Below, piece after piece: positions 38,587 to 47,954 of a DNA stretch of 64,000 bases. The notes under the pieces were generated by a model. That model ran no database searches. It had not been told where the DNA came from and saw only the letters and a program-made list of their open reading frames with translations. Each line of letters starts with the position of its first letter. Positions within the stretch are counted from its first letter, which is position 1. The stretch is from positions 576,001 through 640,000 of the forward strand of contig CAXXGJ010000038.1 in the NCBI GenBank assembly GCA_963677895.2. The letters are read 5' to 3'. The DNA comes from Treponemataceae bacterium (GTDB lineage: Bacteria > Spirochaetota > Spirochaetia > Treponematales > Rectinemataceae). The position numbers and the translations under genes are program-made.

Positions 38587-38663
38587 GGGCGCCGGGAAAA
38601 GCGTCCCGATCGGTTAAATATCGACGGGGGCAGCCTATTTTGTTTGAAAGGAGATCGAGAGAT

Positions 38664-39533
38664 ATGGCGGAGCTATCGAAGACACTGGCTCGATGCATCC
38701 AGAAGGCGGAATCCCGCGCACAGGATTTCAAGGTAGGCCTGATCTTTCCCGATGAGGGACTTGTGAGAACGGCGCTGCGGGCACGCGAAAACGGAGTAGC
38801 CGATTCCATAGCCTTCAGCCCCTCGACTATAGAAGGAATCGAGACGGTCCTGGCGCGTAGCCCCGCGGAGGCCATCGAAAAAGCGCTGGAGTTCTGCCTC
38901 CGGGGAGACCTGGACAGTCTGGTGAAGGGTTTGGTCAACACCAACATCTTCCTCAAGGGCCTCGTAAAATCGGCCTTCCGTACCAGCTATATCACGCACT
39001 GTTCCATTCTCGACCTGCCCGGCTACGAAAAGCCGATTGTCGTATCAGACGGTACCGTAACCCCCTATCCGGATCTGGCGCAGAAAGTCGAGATTGTGCT
39101 CAATGCCATCCGTTGTTCCAGGATCCTGGGCGAGACGACGCCCAAAGTGGCCATCCTCAGCGCCAACGAACTCGTGCTGCCGGGCATAACATCGGGAAGC
39201 GACGCGGCAGTTCTCTCGACCATGGCCAGAAGAGGTCAGATCGCCGGCGCGATCGTCGACGGGCCGATGGCCTTGGATTCGGCGCTCTCTCCCCTCGCCT
39301 GCGAAAAGAAAGGCCTTCGCTTTTCATTCGTCCCCCCCGCCGATGTCCTGATCGCGCCGGACCTGGAGAGCGCGGCCATGTTGATCAAGGCGGCCGTCCA
39401 CCTTGCCGGAGCCTCGGTGGGCGGGATTCTTTGGGGAACGAAGTGTCCGATCGTCCTCACCTCGCGCGCGGATTCCGATGAAGCGAAATATCTTTCTCTC
39501 TGCGTTTGCAAACTGGCGGCGAAGGCGCAATGA
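38664..39533 (+). CDS. ptb: Phosphate butyryl/acyltransferase
   Basis: KGLVNT, VDGPMALD, PIVLTSRAD. Confidence 0.85.
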   Translation: MAELSKTLARCIQKAESRAQDFKVGLIFPDEGLVRTALRARENGVADSIAFSPSTIEGIETVLARSPAEAIEKALEFCLRGDLDSLVKGLVNTNIFLKGLVKSAFRTSYITHCSILDLPGYEKPIVVSDGTVTPYPDLAQKVEIVLNAIRCSRILGETTPKVAILSANELVLPGITSGSDAAVLSTMARRGQIAGAIVDGPMALDSALSPLACEKKGLRFSFVPPADVLIAPDLESAAMLIKAAVHLAGASVGGILWGTKCPIVLTSRADSDEAKYLSLCVCKLAAKAQ

Positions 39534-40363
39534 AAAAATCCTACATGTGGATCGATCCTTCCCTCCCCCGAGACCATGCCATCACCGGCCTTGATCTGCC
39601 GCTCCCCGAAGCTTTGTCACGCATGAAAGGGCTCGGGTTTGATGGCGTCGAAGTCATGATTGGCGATCCGGACCTCTTCGATCGGGATGTTTTCGGGAAG
39701 GCTGTCCTGGCGCATGGCCTTGAAGTCAGCCAGCTGTGCACCGGCGAACTCTTCGGTTCCCTGAACCTCATGCTGAACGACCCTGACGGCTCGGCAAGGA
39801 TGGCCGCGCTAAAGAAGGCCGAAAGCGTGATCAGGCTGGCCGGCAGCCTAGGCCGTAAGGTCGGGATCGGGCGCTTTCGCGGAAAAATATGGAATGGAGA
39901 TGCAACGTCATCGCTCGAGGCGATGGCAGGATCCTTTTCCGCGCTCGACAGGCTCGCCGGCGAAGAGGGCGTGGAACTGCTGATCGAGCCCCTTAGGCCC
40001 GACATCTGCGACACGCTCAACACCGTATCGCAGGCATGCTCCTTCATGGACGCCGCCGGTCTTTCCAATTTCGGCTGGCTTCTGGACACCGATCACGTGG
40101 GGCTCGACCAGGAAGCCGGCATCGTGGAAAATATGCGCCGATTGGGTTTCGTGCACCTCGCGGACACCTTTCATGTCCCCATGGGCAGGGGAAAGATCGA
40201 TTTCCCGCGATATTTCGAGCTGCTCGGACGGCTTGAATACGCTGGCTACTGCAGCGTCGAAGTCTTCGGGGACAAGAAAATGGGAGAATCCGTCTTTTTG
40301 GCCGAAATGGCCGAGAAACTTGAGGATTATATAGGTCACAACAATCGGGAAGGTAAGGTATGA
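39530..40363 (+). CDS. Sugar phosphate isomerase/epimerase (AP endonuclease 2 TIM barrel)
   Basis: GFDGVE, IEPL, LDTDH, VHLAD, SVE. Confidence 0.85.
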   Translation: MKKSYMWIDPSLPRDHAITGLDLPLPEALSRMKGLGFDGVEVMIGDPDLFDRDVFGKAVLAHGLEVSQLCTGELFGSLNLMLNDPDGSARMAALKKAESVIRLAGSLGRKVGIGRFRGKIWNGDATSSLEAMAGSFSALDRLAGEEGVELLIEPLRPDICDTLNTVSQACSFMDAAGLSNFGWLLDTDHVGLDQEAGIVENMRRLGFVHLADTFHVPMGRGKIDFPRYFELLGRLEYAGYCSVEVFGDKKMGESVFLAEMAEKLEDYIGHNNREGKV

Positions 40364-41061
40364 ATATTGAACCCATTGAAGCGCAAAGCCTCGAGAAAGT
40401 CGTCTATCTGAATATCAAAAACAGGATCATCTCGCTTGAGATTCCGCCGGAAGAAACGCTCAATATCAACTCCCTCGCGGCTTCCCTTAATGTGAGCATC
40501 ACGCCGGTGAGAGGCGCGCTGCAGCTGCTCGAAAGGGAAGACCTCATCCGGAGGATTCACAATAAGGGCTTCTTCGTCGCGCCCATGACGAAGCTGGATT
40601 CCGAATATGTCTACGAAATGCGCCTCTCTCTCGAACTGCTCGCGCTGGAGAGAGCGATAGTCAATATCGACAAAAAAATGCTGAACAACCTCATAAAAAA
40701 AATGGTGGAACTCCTCGAGCTCCACGACAAGTCTCCCACGAGCCTTCCGTACGAACTCGATTATTCTCTCCACGACCTCATAATCTCCTCATGCGGAAAC
40801 CCTTACCTGCAGCATACCTATGAAAGGCTGATGGCCAATATCCAGCGCTACCGCAATGTCATCAGGAAATTTTCGCCGCCCGACGATATGAATTGGGTAC
40901 GATCCGAACTCGAGCAGCATATTCAGATCGGCGAGCTTATATTGAAAGGCGACCTGGGCAGCGCGAAGGAACTGCTCGCCCGCCACATCAAGCATTTGAT
41001 CTCGATCGTGAGCGAAAAGCTGTCGAATATAGCCTTCCCCATACCCATAACAAAGGAGTGA
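40360..41061 (+). CDS. GntR-family regulator (FCD)
   Basis: LNVSITPVRGAL...NKGFFV. Confidence 0.88.
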   Translation: MNIEPIEAQSLEKVVYLNIKNRIISLEIPPEETLNINSLAASLNVSITPVRGALQLLEREDLIRRIHNKGFFVAPMTKLDSEYVYEMRLSLELLALERAIVNIDKKMLNNLIKKMVELLELHDKSPTSLPYELDYSLHDLIISSCGNPYLQHTYERLMANIQRYRNVIRKFSPPDDMNWVRSELEQHIQIGELILKGDLGSAKELLARHIKHLISIVSEKLSNIAFPIPITKE

Positions 41062-41065
41062 AGCA

Positions 41066-41344
41066 ATGAAGCGAGGACTGATAATGAATCGGCTCGACAA
41101 TGTCGCCACCGTGCTGGACGATGTCGAGAAGAATGAAATCGTCTCGTGTAAGGGCTTGACCAATATCGTCGAATTGAAGGCCAACGAAAAAATCCCGCGC
41201 GGCCACAAGATTTCGCTCTCCATGATTCCCGAGGGAGAAGCCGTCGTGAAATATGGTTTTGAAATTGGGTATTCCCTCTGCGAAATAGCGAAAGGTTCAT
41301 ATGTTCACGTGCACAATGTGGGAAGCAAGAGAACGGAGGAATAA
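41066..41344 (+). CDS. UxaA-family dehydratase small (SAF) subunit
   Basis: DNVATVL, GHKISL, VKYG, VHVHN. Confidence 0.88.
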   Translation: MKRGLIMNRLDNVATVLDDVEKNEIVSCKGLTNIVELKANEKIPRGHKISLSMIPEGEAVVKYGFEIGYSLCEIAKGSYVHVHNVGSKRTEE

Positions 41345-41347
41345 ACG

Positions 41348-42529
41348 ATGAAGACATTATTCGGCTATCGCCGTCCCGACGGAAAAGTCGGCTTCCGCAA
41401 TGTGACGCTCGTAATGCCCGTCGTCGCCTGCGTGAATCATATCGCTTCCCTGATCGCGAAGGACATTCCCGGCGCCGTGGCCGTCCACCACGAGGTAGGC
41501 TGCGCGCAGATTGGCGCCGATCATAGGCAGGCGTTCAGGACACTGCTGAATACGGGGCTAAATCCCAACGTGGGGGCCATCCTCCTCGTGGGCTTGGGAT
41601 GCGAGAGGATCGATCCCCAGGAATTGGCCGCCGATTTGGCGAAGTCGGGAAAACCAGTCGAATTCATCGTTACCCAAGAGCTGGGTGGTACCCTTTCGAC
41701 CGTGAAGAGAGGAAAGGAAATCGTGTCGGCCATGGTCCGCGACCTCGCGGGCATGAAACGCGAGGAGGTCCAGCCCTCGAGCATCGTGCTCGGCGTCGAA
41801 TGCGGAGGAAGCGATTTTTCGTCCAGCCTCTCATCCAATCCCGTGGTGGGTTACGTCGCGGACGAACTCTTCACCTTGGGCGGGCGAATCGTCCTATCCG
41901 AGACCACCGAGGTCATAGGCACCGAGAGCATCCTCACCAAGCGCTGCGCCAGCACTGAAATCGCGGCGAAGCTGGTGGACCGCATCAAGAAGATGGTCGA
42001 GTACAGCCGAGGCGAGGACAGGGACGAGGTGGACGGCGTCGCCGTACCCAACAACATCTCCCCGGGAAACGTCAGGGGAGGCCTCACTACTATTGAAGAA
42101 AAATCGCTGGGCGCCATTTCCAAAGGCGGATACACCTGCCCTATCGTCGGCGTCGTCGAATACGCCGAGATGGTGGGCTCCACGCCGGGACTGTGGTTCA
42201 TGGATTCACCCGGCTACGATCCGGAATGCACGACGGGGCTCATGGCCTGCGGCTGCAATCTGGTGCTTTTCACCACCGGGCTTGGGACTCCCCTGGGAAA
42301 TCCCGTCACGCCTATCATCAAGGTCACCGGCAACAGGAAAACCGCGATGCAGATGAAAGACGATATCGACATAGACGTTTCCTCGATTCTCGAGGAAGGC
42401 GGCACCTTCGCGGAGGAGTCCGCGAAGATGATCGATTTTGTCGCGGTCATAGCGAATGGAACGCTGACAAAATCGGAAGCCTTCGGCTACGCCGACTTCG
42501 GCATCACCAGGATCGGCCCCCGGCTCTGA
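41348..42529 (+). CDS. UxaA/GarD/SuyB-family dehydratase large subunit
   Basis: GYRRPDGKVGFRN, GLGCE, ECGGSD, TIEEKSLGA, FTTG. Confidence 0.9.
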   Translation: MKTLFGYRRPDGKVGFRNVTLVMPVVACVNHIASLIAKDIPGAVAVHHEVGCAQIGADHRQAFRTLLNTGLNPNVGAILLVGLGCERIDPQELAADLAKSGKPVEFIVTQELGGTLSTVKRGKEIVSAMVRDLAGMKREEVQPSSIVLGVECGGSDFSSSLSSNPVVGYVADELFTLGGRIVLSETTEVIGTESILTKRCASTEIAAKLVDRIKKMVEYSRGEDRDEVDGVAVPNNISPGNVRGGLTTIEEKSLGAISKGGYTCPIVGVVEYAEMVGSTPGLWFMDSPGYDPECTTGLMACGCNLVLFTTGLGTPLGNPVTPIIKVTGNRKTAMQMKDDIDIDVSSILEEGGTFAEESAKMIDFVAVIANGTLTKSEAFGYADFGITRIGPRL

Positions 42530-42596
42530 TCCGCGGCCATCGGGCGGCGACATTTCGGGCGACGGCGTCTCTGGCGCCCTCACAACGGAGGATACA

Positions 42597-43646
42597 TTGG
42601 AAGACATTGCGATCGATTTTGAAGAGCTCGTGAAGATTTCCGCCGCCGCTCTCCAGCGCGCCGGATTTCCGGCCGACAAGAGCGAGGAAGCGGCTCGCGT
42701 GCTGGTCGAGGCGGACTCAAGAGGGATCCGCTCCCACGGCGTCGTCCGCCTGACCCGATATCTCAGCGAAGCGAAACAAGGGTTCATCCGCCCCGAGGCC
42801 GAGCCCGAGGTCGTCTTCGAGACGCCAGTCTCCCTCGTGGTGGACGGAAACAGGGGTTTGGGGCAGCACGTGTCGATCTTCGCCATGGAGCGCTGCATCG
42901 AGAAGGCCGAAGCAAGCTATATCTGCTTCGCTACCGTCAGGAATTCCAACCATTTCGGGATCGCGGGCTATTACTCGGAGCTGGCGCAGAAAAAAGGCAT
43001 GATAGGAATCTCGATGACCAACACCTATCCGCTGGTCGTCCCCACCTTCGGAAGGGAAGCCATGCTCGGAACGAATCCGATCGCCGTCTGCATCCCCGGC
43101 ACGAGGGTTCCTTTCCACATGGACATGGCGACGAGCGTGGTCCCGAGAGGCAAGATCGAAGTGAAGCTCCGCGCAGGGCAGCCGATACCCGAGGGCTGGG
43201 CCGTCGACGAGAACGGCTCTCGGACCACGGATGCCGAAGCTGTCATCCACAACTTCAACACGCACTCCTATGGCGGCATCCTGCCTTTAGGCGGGGAAGG
43301 CGAAGGATTCGGCGGCCATAAGGGATTCGGCCTGGCCACCCTCGTCGACCTGCTTTCCGCGGGCTTGTCGCTAGGACAGATGAGCCGCGACACCTACACC
43401 GACCAGGGAGGCGGCGTCTGCCACTTCTTCGGCGCGATCCGCGTGGAAGCCTTCGGGGACGCTCAGGCTATCAGGGCCGAGGTGCAGGACATCATGGATA
43501 GGCTCTGCGCCAGCCCCAGATCCTCGGGCAAGGATAAGATTTACTTCCACGGGGAGAAGGAGATGGCGGCGAGGGCGAATTCGATGAAGGATGGCGTGCG
43601 GCTGCCGAAATCCCTCCTCGACGACATCAGCGCCCTCGCGGAATAG
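42597..43646 (+). CDS. Ldh_2 (type 2 malate/L-lactate/sulfolactate/ureidoglycolate) dehydrogenase
   Basis: GIRSHG, NSNHFG, GTNPIA, DMATS, GHKGFGL; TTG start with GGAGG. Confidence 0.9.
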   Translation: MEDIAIDFEELVKISAAALQRAGFPADKSEEAARVLVEADSRGIRSHGVVRLTRYLSEAKQGFIRPEAEPEVVFETPVSLVVDGNRGLGQHVSIFAMERCIEKAEASYICFATVRNSNHFGIAGYYSELAQKKGMIGISMTNTYPLVVPTFGREAMLGTNPIAVCIPGTRVPFHMDMATSVVPRGKIEVKLRAGQPIPEGWAVDENGSRTTDAEAVIHNFNTHSYGGILPLGGEGEGFGGHKGFGLATLVDLLSAGLSLGQMSRDTYTDQGGGVCHFFGAIRVEAFGDAQAIRAEVQDIMDRLCASPRSSGKDKIYFHGEKEMAARANSMKDGVRLPKSLLDDISALAE

Positions 43647-43693
43647 AATCCCCCGAAAGTCTAGATAATTTTGCCATCGAAGGAATCGCGAAG

Positions 43694-44989
43694 ATGAATG
43701 CTGCGAAAATTCTTCCCAGATCCAATTTTTCTTCCATCGAGGTGAGGCTCGATTCCGCGAACTCGATCGTCCTCGACGGATCGGCCGCGAAATCGGCGCG
43801 CTTCGCGCAAAGCCTGCCCGGGCCGCTGCCAAGACAGGGCGCCGCGCTACGCGGGGCGATCAACGAAGCCCTATCTTCCCGTCACGGGCCGGCCCTCGAG
43901 GACATCGTCAACCCGCGAAAGCGCGTGATCTACGCCATCGACGACCACACCCGGGGAACCCCTACGGCTCCCATTCTGGAGAGACTTCAGGAGCGGCTGA
44001 ACGCCATGGGCCTCTCGGACTCGCAGACGATGATCCTGGTCTCGGCCGGCACGCATAGGCCTATGAACGAACAGGAACTCCGCATGAAGGTCGGCGGGCT
44101 TTACGGCCGCGTGGAAATTATCCTGCATGACTGCATGAATTCCGGGGAACTGTACAAAGCCGGGATTATCGATGGCATTCCCGTTCTTCTCAACAAGAAC
44201 CTAAGGGACGCGGGCACGGTGATCGGCATCGGCAGCCTCGTGGCCCACAAGTTCTCGGGCTGGTCAGGCGGCGCCAAGATCGTCTGTCCAGGGCTGACAG
44301 GGTACGAAACGATCTATCGCTGCCACTACAAATCCATCATCGAAGAACATATCATCCCCGGACAGAAGGACAACTGGTTCCGGGGATTCATCGACAGGAT
44401 CGGCGATCTCGCGGGGCTGAAATACAGCGTCAACTGTATCCCCACGATCGGCGGTCTCGTCGGCGTCGTGGCGGGCGATCCCCATGCCGCCTTTGACAGA
44501 AGCGTCTCCATCGCCGAAGACTTCATGGCCACCTCGTTCGAGAAAAAACATGACCTCGTGGTGGTCTCGGCCTACCCAGCGACCACGGACCTATGGCAGA
44601 GCGGCAAAGGCTTTTACAATGGGGACCTGCTCGTCAAGGATGGCGGGACTCTCGTCCTCGTCACGCCGCTCGATGAAGGGCTGGGCGACCACCCGGAGTT
44701 CATCTCTCTTCTCGAGAAAAGCCCCGCGGAAATCCTGGCTGTCCTCGATTCCGGAAAGCTTGAAGATCCCTTGGCGGCCGTGGCATCCTATGCAATCCGC
44801 CGCATCAGCGAAAGGTGCAGGTTGAGAATCGTGACGAACAACCGCTCGATCGTCGGGCATGACCTGCTGGGCGCGCCAATTTCGGGAGACATCGACAGCG
44901 CGACTGCCGAGGCTTTTCGGGATGGGGCTCGGGACCTCGCCGTTGTCAATGACAGCTATATCCTCCCAAAAACGCTTGTCGAAGGCTGA
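43694..44989 (+). CDS. LarA-family nickel-pincer-dependent racemase/epimerase
   Basis: DDHTR, AGTHR, HKFSGWSGGAK, WQSGK. Confidence 0.85.
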   Translation: MNAAKILPRSNFSSIEVRLDSANSIVLDGSAAKSARFAQSLPGPLPRQGAALRGAINEALSSRHGPALEDIVNPRKRVIYAIDDHTRGTPTAPILERLQERLNAMGLSDSQTMILVSAGTHRPMNEQELRMKVGGLYGRVEIILHDCMNSGELYKAGIIDGIPVLLNKNLRDAGTVIGIGSLVAHKFSGWSGGAKIVCPGLTGYETIYRCHYKSIIEEHIIPGQKDNWFRGFIDRIGDLAGLKYSVNCIPTIGGLVGVVAGDPHAAFDRSVSIAEDFMATSFEKKHDLVVVSAYPATTDLWQSGKGFYNGDLLVKDGGTLVLVTPLDEGLGDHPEFISLLEKSPAEILAVLDSGKLEDPLAAVASYAIRRISERCRLRIVTNNRSIVGHDLLGAPISGDIDSATAEAFRDGARDLAVVNDSYILPKTLVEG

Positions 44990-45022
44990 TCCGATGGAGC
45001 ATTATCCAGTATACAGGAGCGC

Positions 45023-46222
45023 GTGAACATGAAACCGAGCTTGCCAGGAAAAATCGTCGACAGGATACACGAGATGACGCCGTCCATGATCCAGCTGCGC
45101 CATAGATTGCACGGCCTGCCGGAGCTGAAATTCGAAGAGCGCGGGACAATGGCCATCATAAGGGATTTCGCGGCCGGCTGCGGCGTCGAGCTGATGGAAC
45201 CGCTCATCGGAACCGACACGGTAGCCCTCCTCCGAGGAGGACGGCCAGGCCCGACGGTGCTTCTGCGGGCCGATATCGACGCGCTTCCGATTCAGGATTG
45301 TTCGGGCATGCCCTGGAGCTCCGCCACTCAAGGAAGATCCCACGCCTGCGGACACGACGGCCATATGGCCATGCTGCTCGGCGCCATGAAAATCGCGGGC
45401 GAATTCGCGGGTGACCTCGCGGGCAATGTCCGCTTCGTTTTCCAGCCGGCTGAGGAGGAGATAGGCGGAGGCAAGGCGCTTATCGAAAAAGGACTGCTCG
45501 AGCTTGAGCCCAGGGCCAACGTCGCCTTCGCCTTCCATGGATGGAGTGGCCTCCCCGCGGGAAAGATAAGCTGCGCTCCCGGTCCGGCGATGGCGGCCGC
45601 GGATAGTTTTTCGATCACGATAAAGGGAAAAGGCGGACATGGGGGCATGCCTCACGAGGCGATAGATCCGGTGGTGGCCGCTGCCCAGTCCATAATCGCG
45701 CTGCAGACGATAGCGTCGCGCAACGTCGATCCGCTGAAGCCCGTCGTCATCTCCATCTGCTCGCTCCACGGGGGGAGCACGCGCAACGTAATTCCCGACG
45801 AAGTGGTTCTCGAGGGGACGATACGCTATTTCGACAAAGAACTTCGGGACTATCTCGGCGAGAAGATGCGGTCGGTCGTCTCGAACACTTGCGCCGCCCT
45901 GGGCTGCACGAACAGCTTCACCCTCATCGAAGGCTATATTCCTACGATAAACGACAGGAAAAGCGCGGAAATCGCGCGCTCTATCATCATTTCAACCATG
46001 GGCGAAGCCGCGTGGTCCGAAGACTTCATACCCTCGATGGGAACCGAGGACTTCGCCTATTACCTGGACAGGATTCCCGGAGCCTTCATGAGGCTGGGAT
46101 TGGGAAAGGACTGGCCCAGGCTTCACAACCCCGCCTTCGATTTCAACGACGAGGCGCTGGAGGCAGGGATGACGGCGCTCCTAGCCCTCGCTTTCGGATA
46201 CGACGAGGCCTCGAAGCAATAG
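45023..46222 (+). CDS. M20D amidohydrolase
   Basis: LRADIDALP, HACGHDGH, FQPAEE, GKGGHG, TEDFAYY. Confidence 0.92.
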   Translation: MNMKPSLPGKIVDRIHEMTPSMIQLRHRLHGLPELKFEERGTMAIIRDFAAGCGVELMEPLIGTDTVALLRGGRPGPTVLLRADIDALPIQDCSGMPWSSATQGRSHACGHDGHMAMLLGAMKIAGEFAGDLAGNVRFVFQPAEEEIGGGKALIEKGLLELEPRANVAFAFHGWSGLPAGKISCAPGPAMAAADSFSITIKGKGGHGGMPHEAIDPVVAAAQSIIALQTIASRNVDPLKPVVISICSLHGGSTRNVIPDEVVLEGTIRYFDKELRDYLGEKMRSVVSNTCAALGCTNSFTLIEGYIPTINDRKSAEIARSIIISTMGEAAWSEDFIPSMGTEDFAYYLDRIPGAFMRLGLGKDWPRLHNPAFDFNDEALEAGMTALLALAFGYDEASKQ

Positions 46223-46261
46223 CGCGCGAACGACGTCGGCGCCTTGCCGTGTGGATTGTCC

Positions 46262-47014
46262 TCAGCGAACGGGATTCACAAGCCGGCCTATGCCCTCGAT
46301 CTCGACGGCGACCTCGTCTCCCGCCCGCATAGGCCCCACGCCCGAAGGAGTGCCCGTCATGATGATGTCGCCAGGCTCAAGGGTCATTATCGCCGATAGA
46401 TATTCAATAAGCTTCGGCACCGCGAAGATAAGGTTGGCGGTAGTGGACGACTGTTTCGCCTGGCCGTTGAGAAAGGTTTGGATCTTGAGCGAAGAAGGAT
46501 CCAATTCCGTCTCGATCCAGGGGCCGAAAGGCAGAAAGCTGTCGAATGATTTGGACATGGTCCACTGCCCTTCCTTGGGCTGAAGATCGCGCGCGGTGAC
46601 GTCGTTGCCGCAGGTGTAGCCGAGTATATAGCCGGAGGATTCGGCGGCCGGCACGTTCTTCGCTTTCTTCCCGATCACGACGACGAATTCCCCTTCAAAC
46701 TCCACCTGTCCGGACATGGCCGGCCGCTCGATGTAGTCGAGAGGAGCGATGACAGCCGTAGAAGGCTTGATGAAAAAGACGGGAGTCTTGGGAATGGCGA
46801 GCCCGAACTCCACCGCGTGGTCGCGGTAATTGAGACCGATGCAGAGGGCCTTGCGGGGCATGCAGGGCGAGAGAAGCTTCACGGCCGACAGGGGAACGGT
46901 TGCTCCGGTTGTCTCGAAGGCGCCGAAAGGCGTGCCGGCGGCTATTCGAATCATGGATCCTTCGAGGATGCCATAAGTTTCCTTGGCTTCATGGAGGAAA
47001 CGGACGATTTTCAT
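46262..47014 (-). CDS. Fumarylacetoacetate hydrolase-family protein
   Basis: IGLNYRDH, FEGE, NDVTARD, TGTPSGVG. Confidence 0.92.
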   Translation of the reverse strand: MKIVRFLHEAKETYGILEGSMIRIAAGTPFGAFETTGATVPLSAVKLLSPCMPRKALCIGLNYRDHAVEFGLAIPKTPVFFIKPSTAVIAPLDYIERPAMSGQVEFEGEFVVVIGKKAKNVPAAESSGYILGYTCGNDVTARDLQPKEGQWTMSKSFDSFLPFGPWIETELDPSSLKIQTFLNGQAKQSSTTANLIFAVPKLIEYLSAIMTLEPGDIIMTGTPSGVGPMRAGDEVAVEIEGIGRLVNPVR

Positions 47015-47029
47015 GAAAGACTCCTTCCT

Positions 47030-47950
47030 TTATCGGTGAATGGACGCGTAAGCGGAAGCTATGGCCGCCGCGAGCGCCGCGTTGTGCTTTACGAGGGCGA
47101 TGTTGGATTCCAGGCTGTCCCCGCCCGTGAGTTCGACTATCCTGGCGAGGAGAAAGGGCGTGAGCCTTTTCCCGCTTATCCCCAGCCTGCGGGCATCCGC
47201 GACGGCGGCGTCTATGGCCGGATTGATGGTTTCGGGATCCATGGAATATTCCTCGGGTATGGGATTGGCCACCACGACGCCGCCTTCGAGTCCCGCCGCC
47301 CATTTCGCCTCGAGCATGGCGGCGATCTCGGAGGGACTCTCGGCCTTCTCCTCGAGCATTATTCCGGAATGGCTCGTATAGAAGGCGGGAAGCTCCTGGG
47401 TCCGGTAGCCGATGACGGGCACGCCCTTCGTTTCGAGGTATTCGAGGGTTTTGGGAAGATCGAGAATGGACTTCGCGCCCGCGCAGACGACAGCCACGCT
47501 TGTCCGCGACAGTTCCTCGAGGTCGGCGGAAATGTCCCAGGTGCTCTCGGCGCCCCGGTGGATGCCGCCCATCCCGCCCGTTGCGAAAATCCTGATCCCA
47601 GCCATGGAGGCCACGATCATGGTGCCCGCCACGGTGGTGGCTCCCATGCCGCCTTCGGCCAGGAGACGCGGGAAGTCGCGCCTGGATGCCTTCGTCACGG
47701 AGGGTCCGGCCTTTGCGAGGCGTTCGAGGTCGGCGCGGGATAGCCCGGCCTTCAGCCGGCCGCCTATGATGGCCACCGTGGCGGGCTGGGCGCCGGCCGC
47801 CCTCACCACCTCTTCCACTTCGAGGGCGGTGTCGAGGTTTTTCGGCCAGGGCATTCCGTGGCTGATTATGGTCGACTCGAGCGCCACGACGGGCTTGCCC
47901 GCCGCGATGGCGGACTTCACTTCTTCCGCGAGATCCAGGTATTTGTTCAT
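47030..47950 (-). CDS. psuG: Pseudouridine-5'-phosphate glycosidase
   Basis: VVALESTIISHGMP, ATTVAGT, DISADL, TPFLL; start MNKYL. Confidence 0.93.
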   Translation of the reverse strand: MNKYLDLAEEVKSAIAAGKPVVALESTIISHGMPWPKNLDTALEVEEVVRAAGAQPATVAIIGGRLKAGLSRADLERLAKAGPSVTKASRRDFPRLLAEGGMGATTVAGTMIVASMAGIRIFATGGMGGIHRGAESTWDISADLEELSRTSVAVVCAGAKSILDLPKTLEYLETKGVPVIGYRTQELPAFYTSHSGIMLEEKAESPSEIAAMLEAKWAAGLEGGVVVANPIPEEYSMDPETINPAIDAAVADARRLGISGKRLTPFLLARIVELTGGDSLESNIALVKHNAALAAAIASAYASIHR

Positions 47951-47954
47951 CGAA

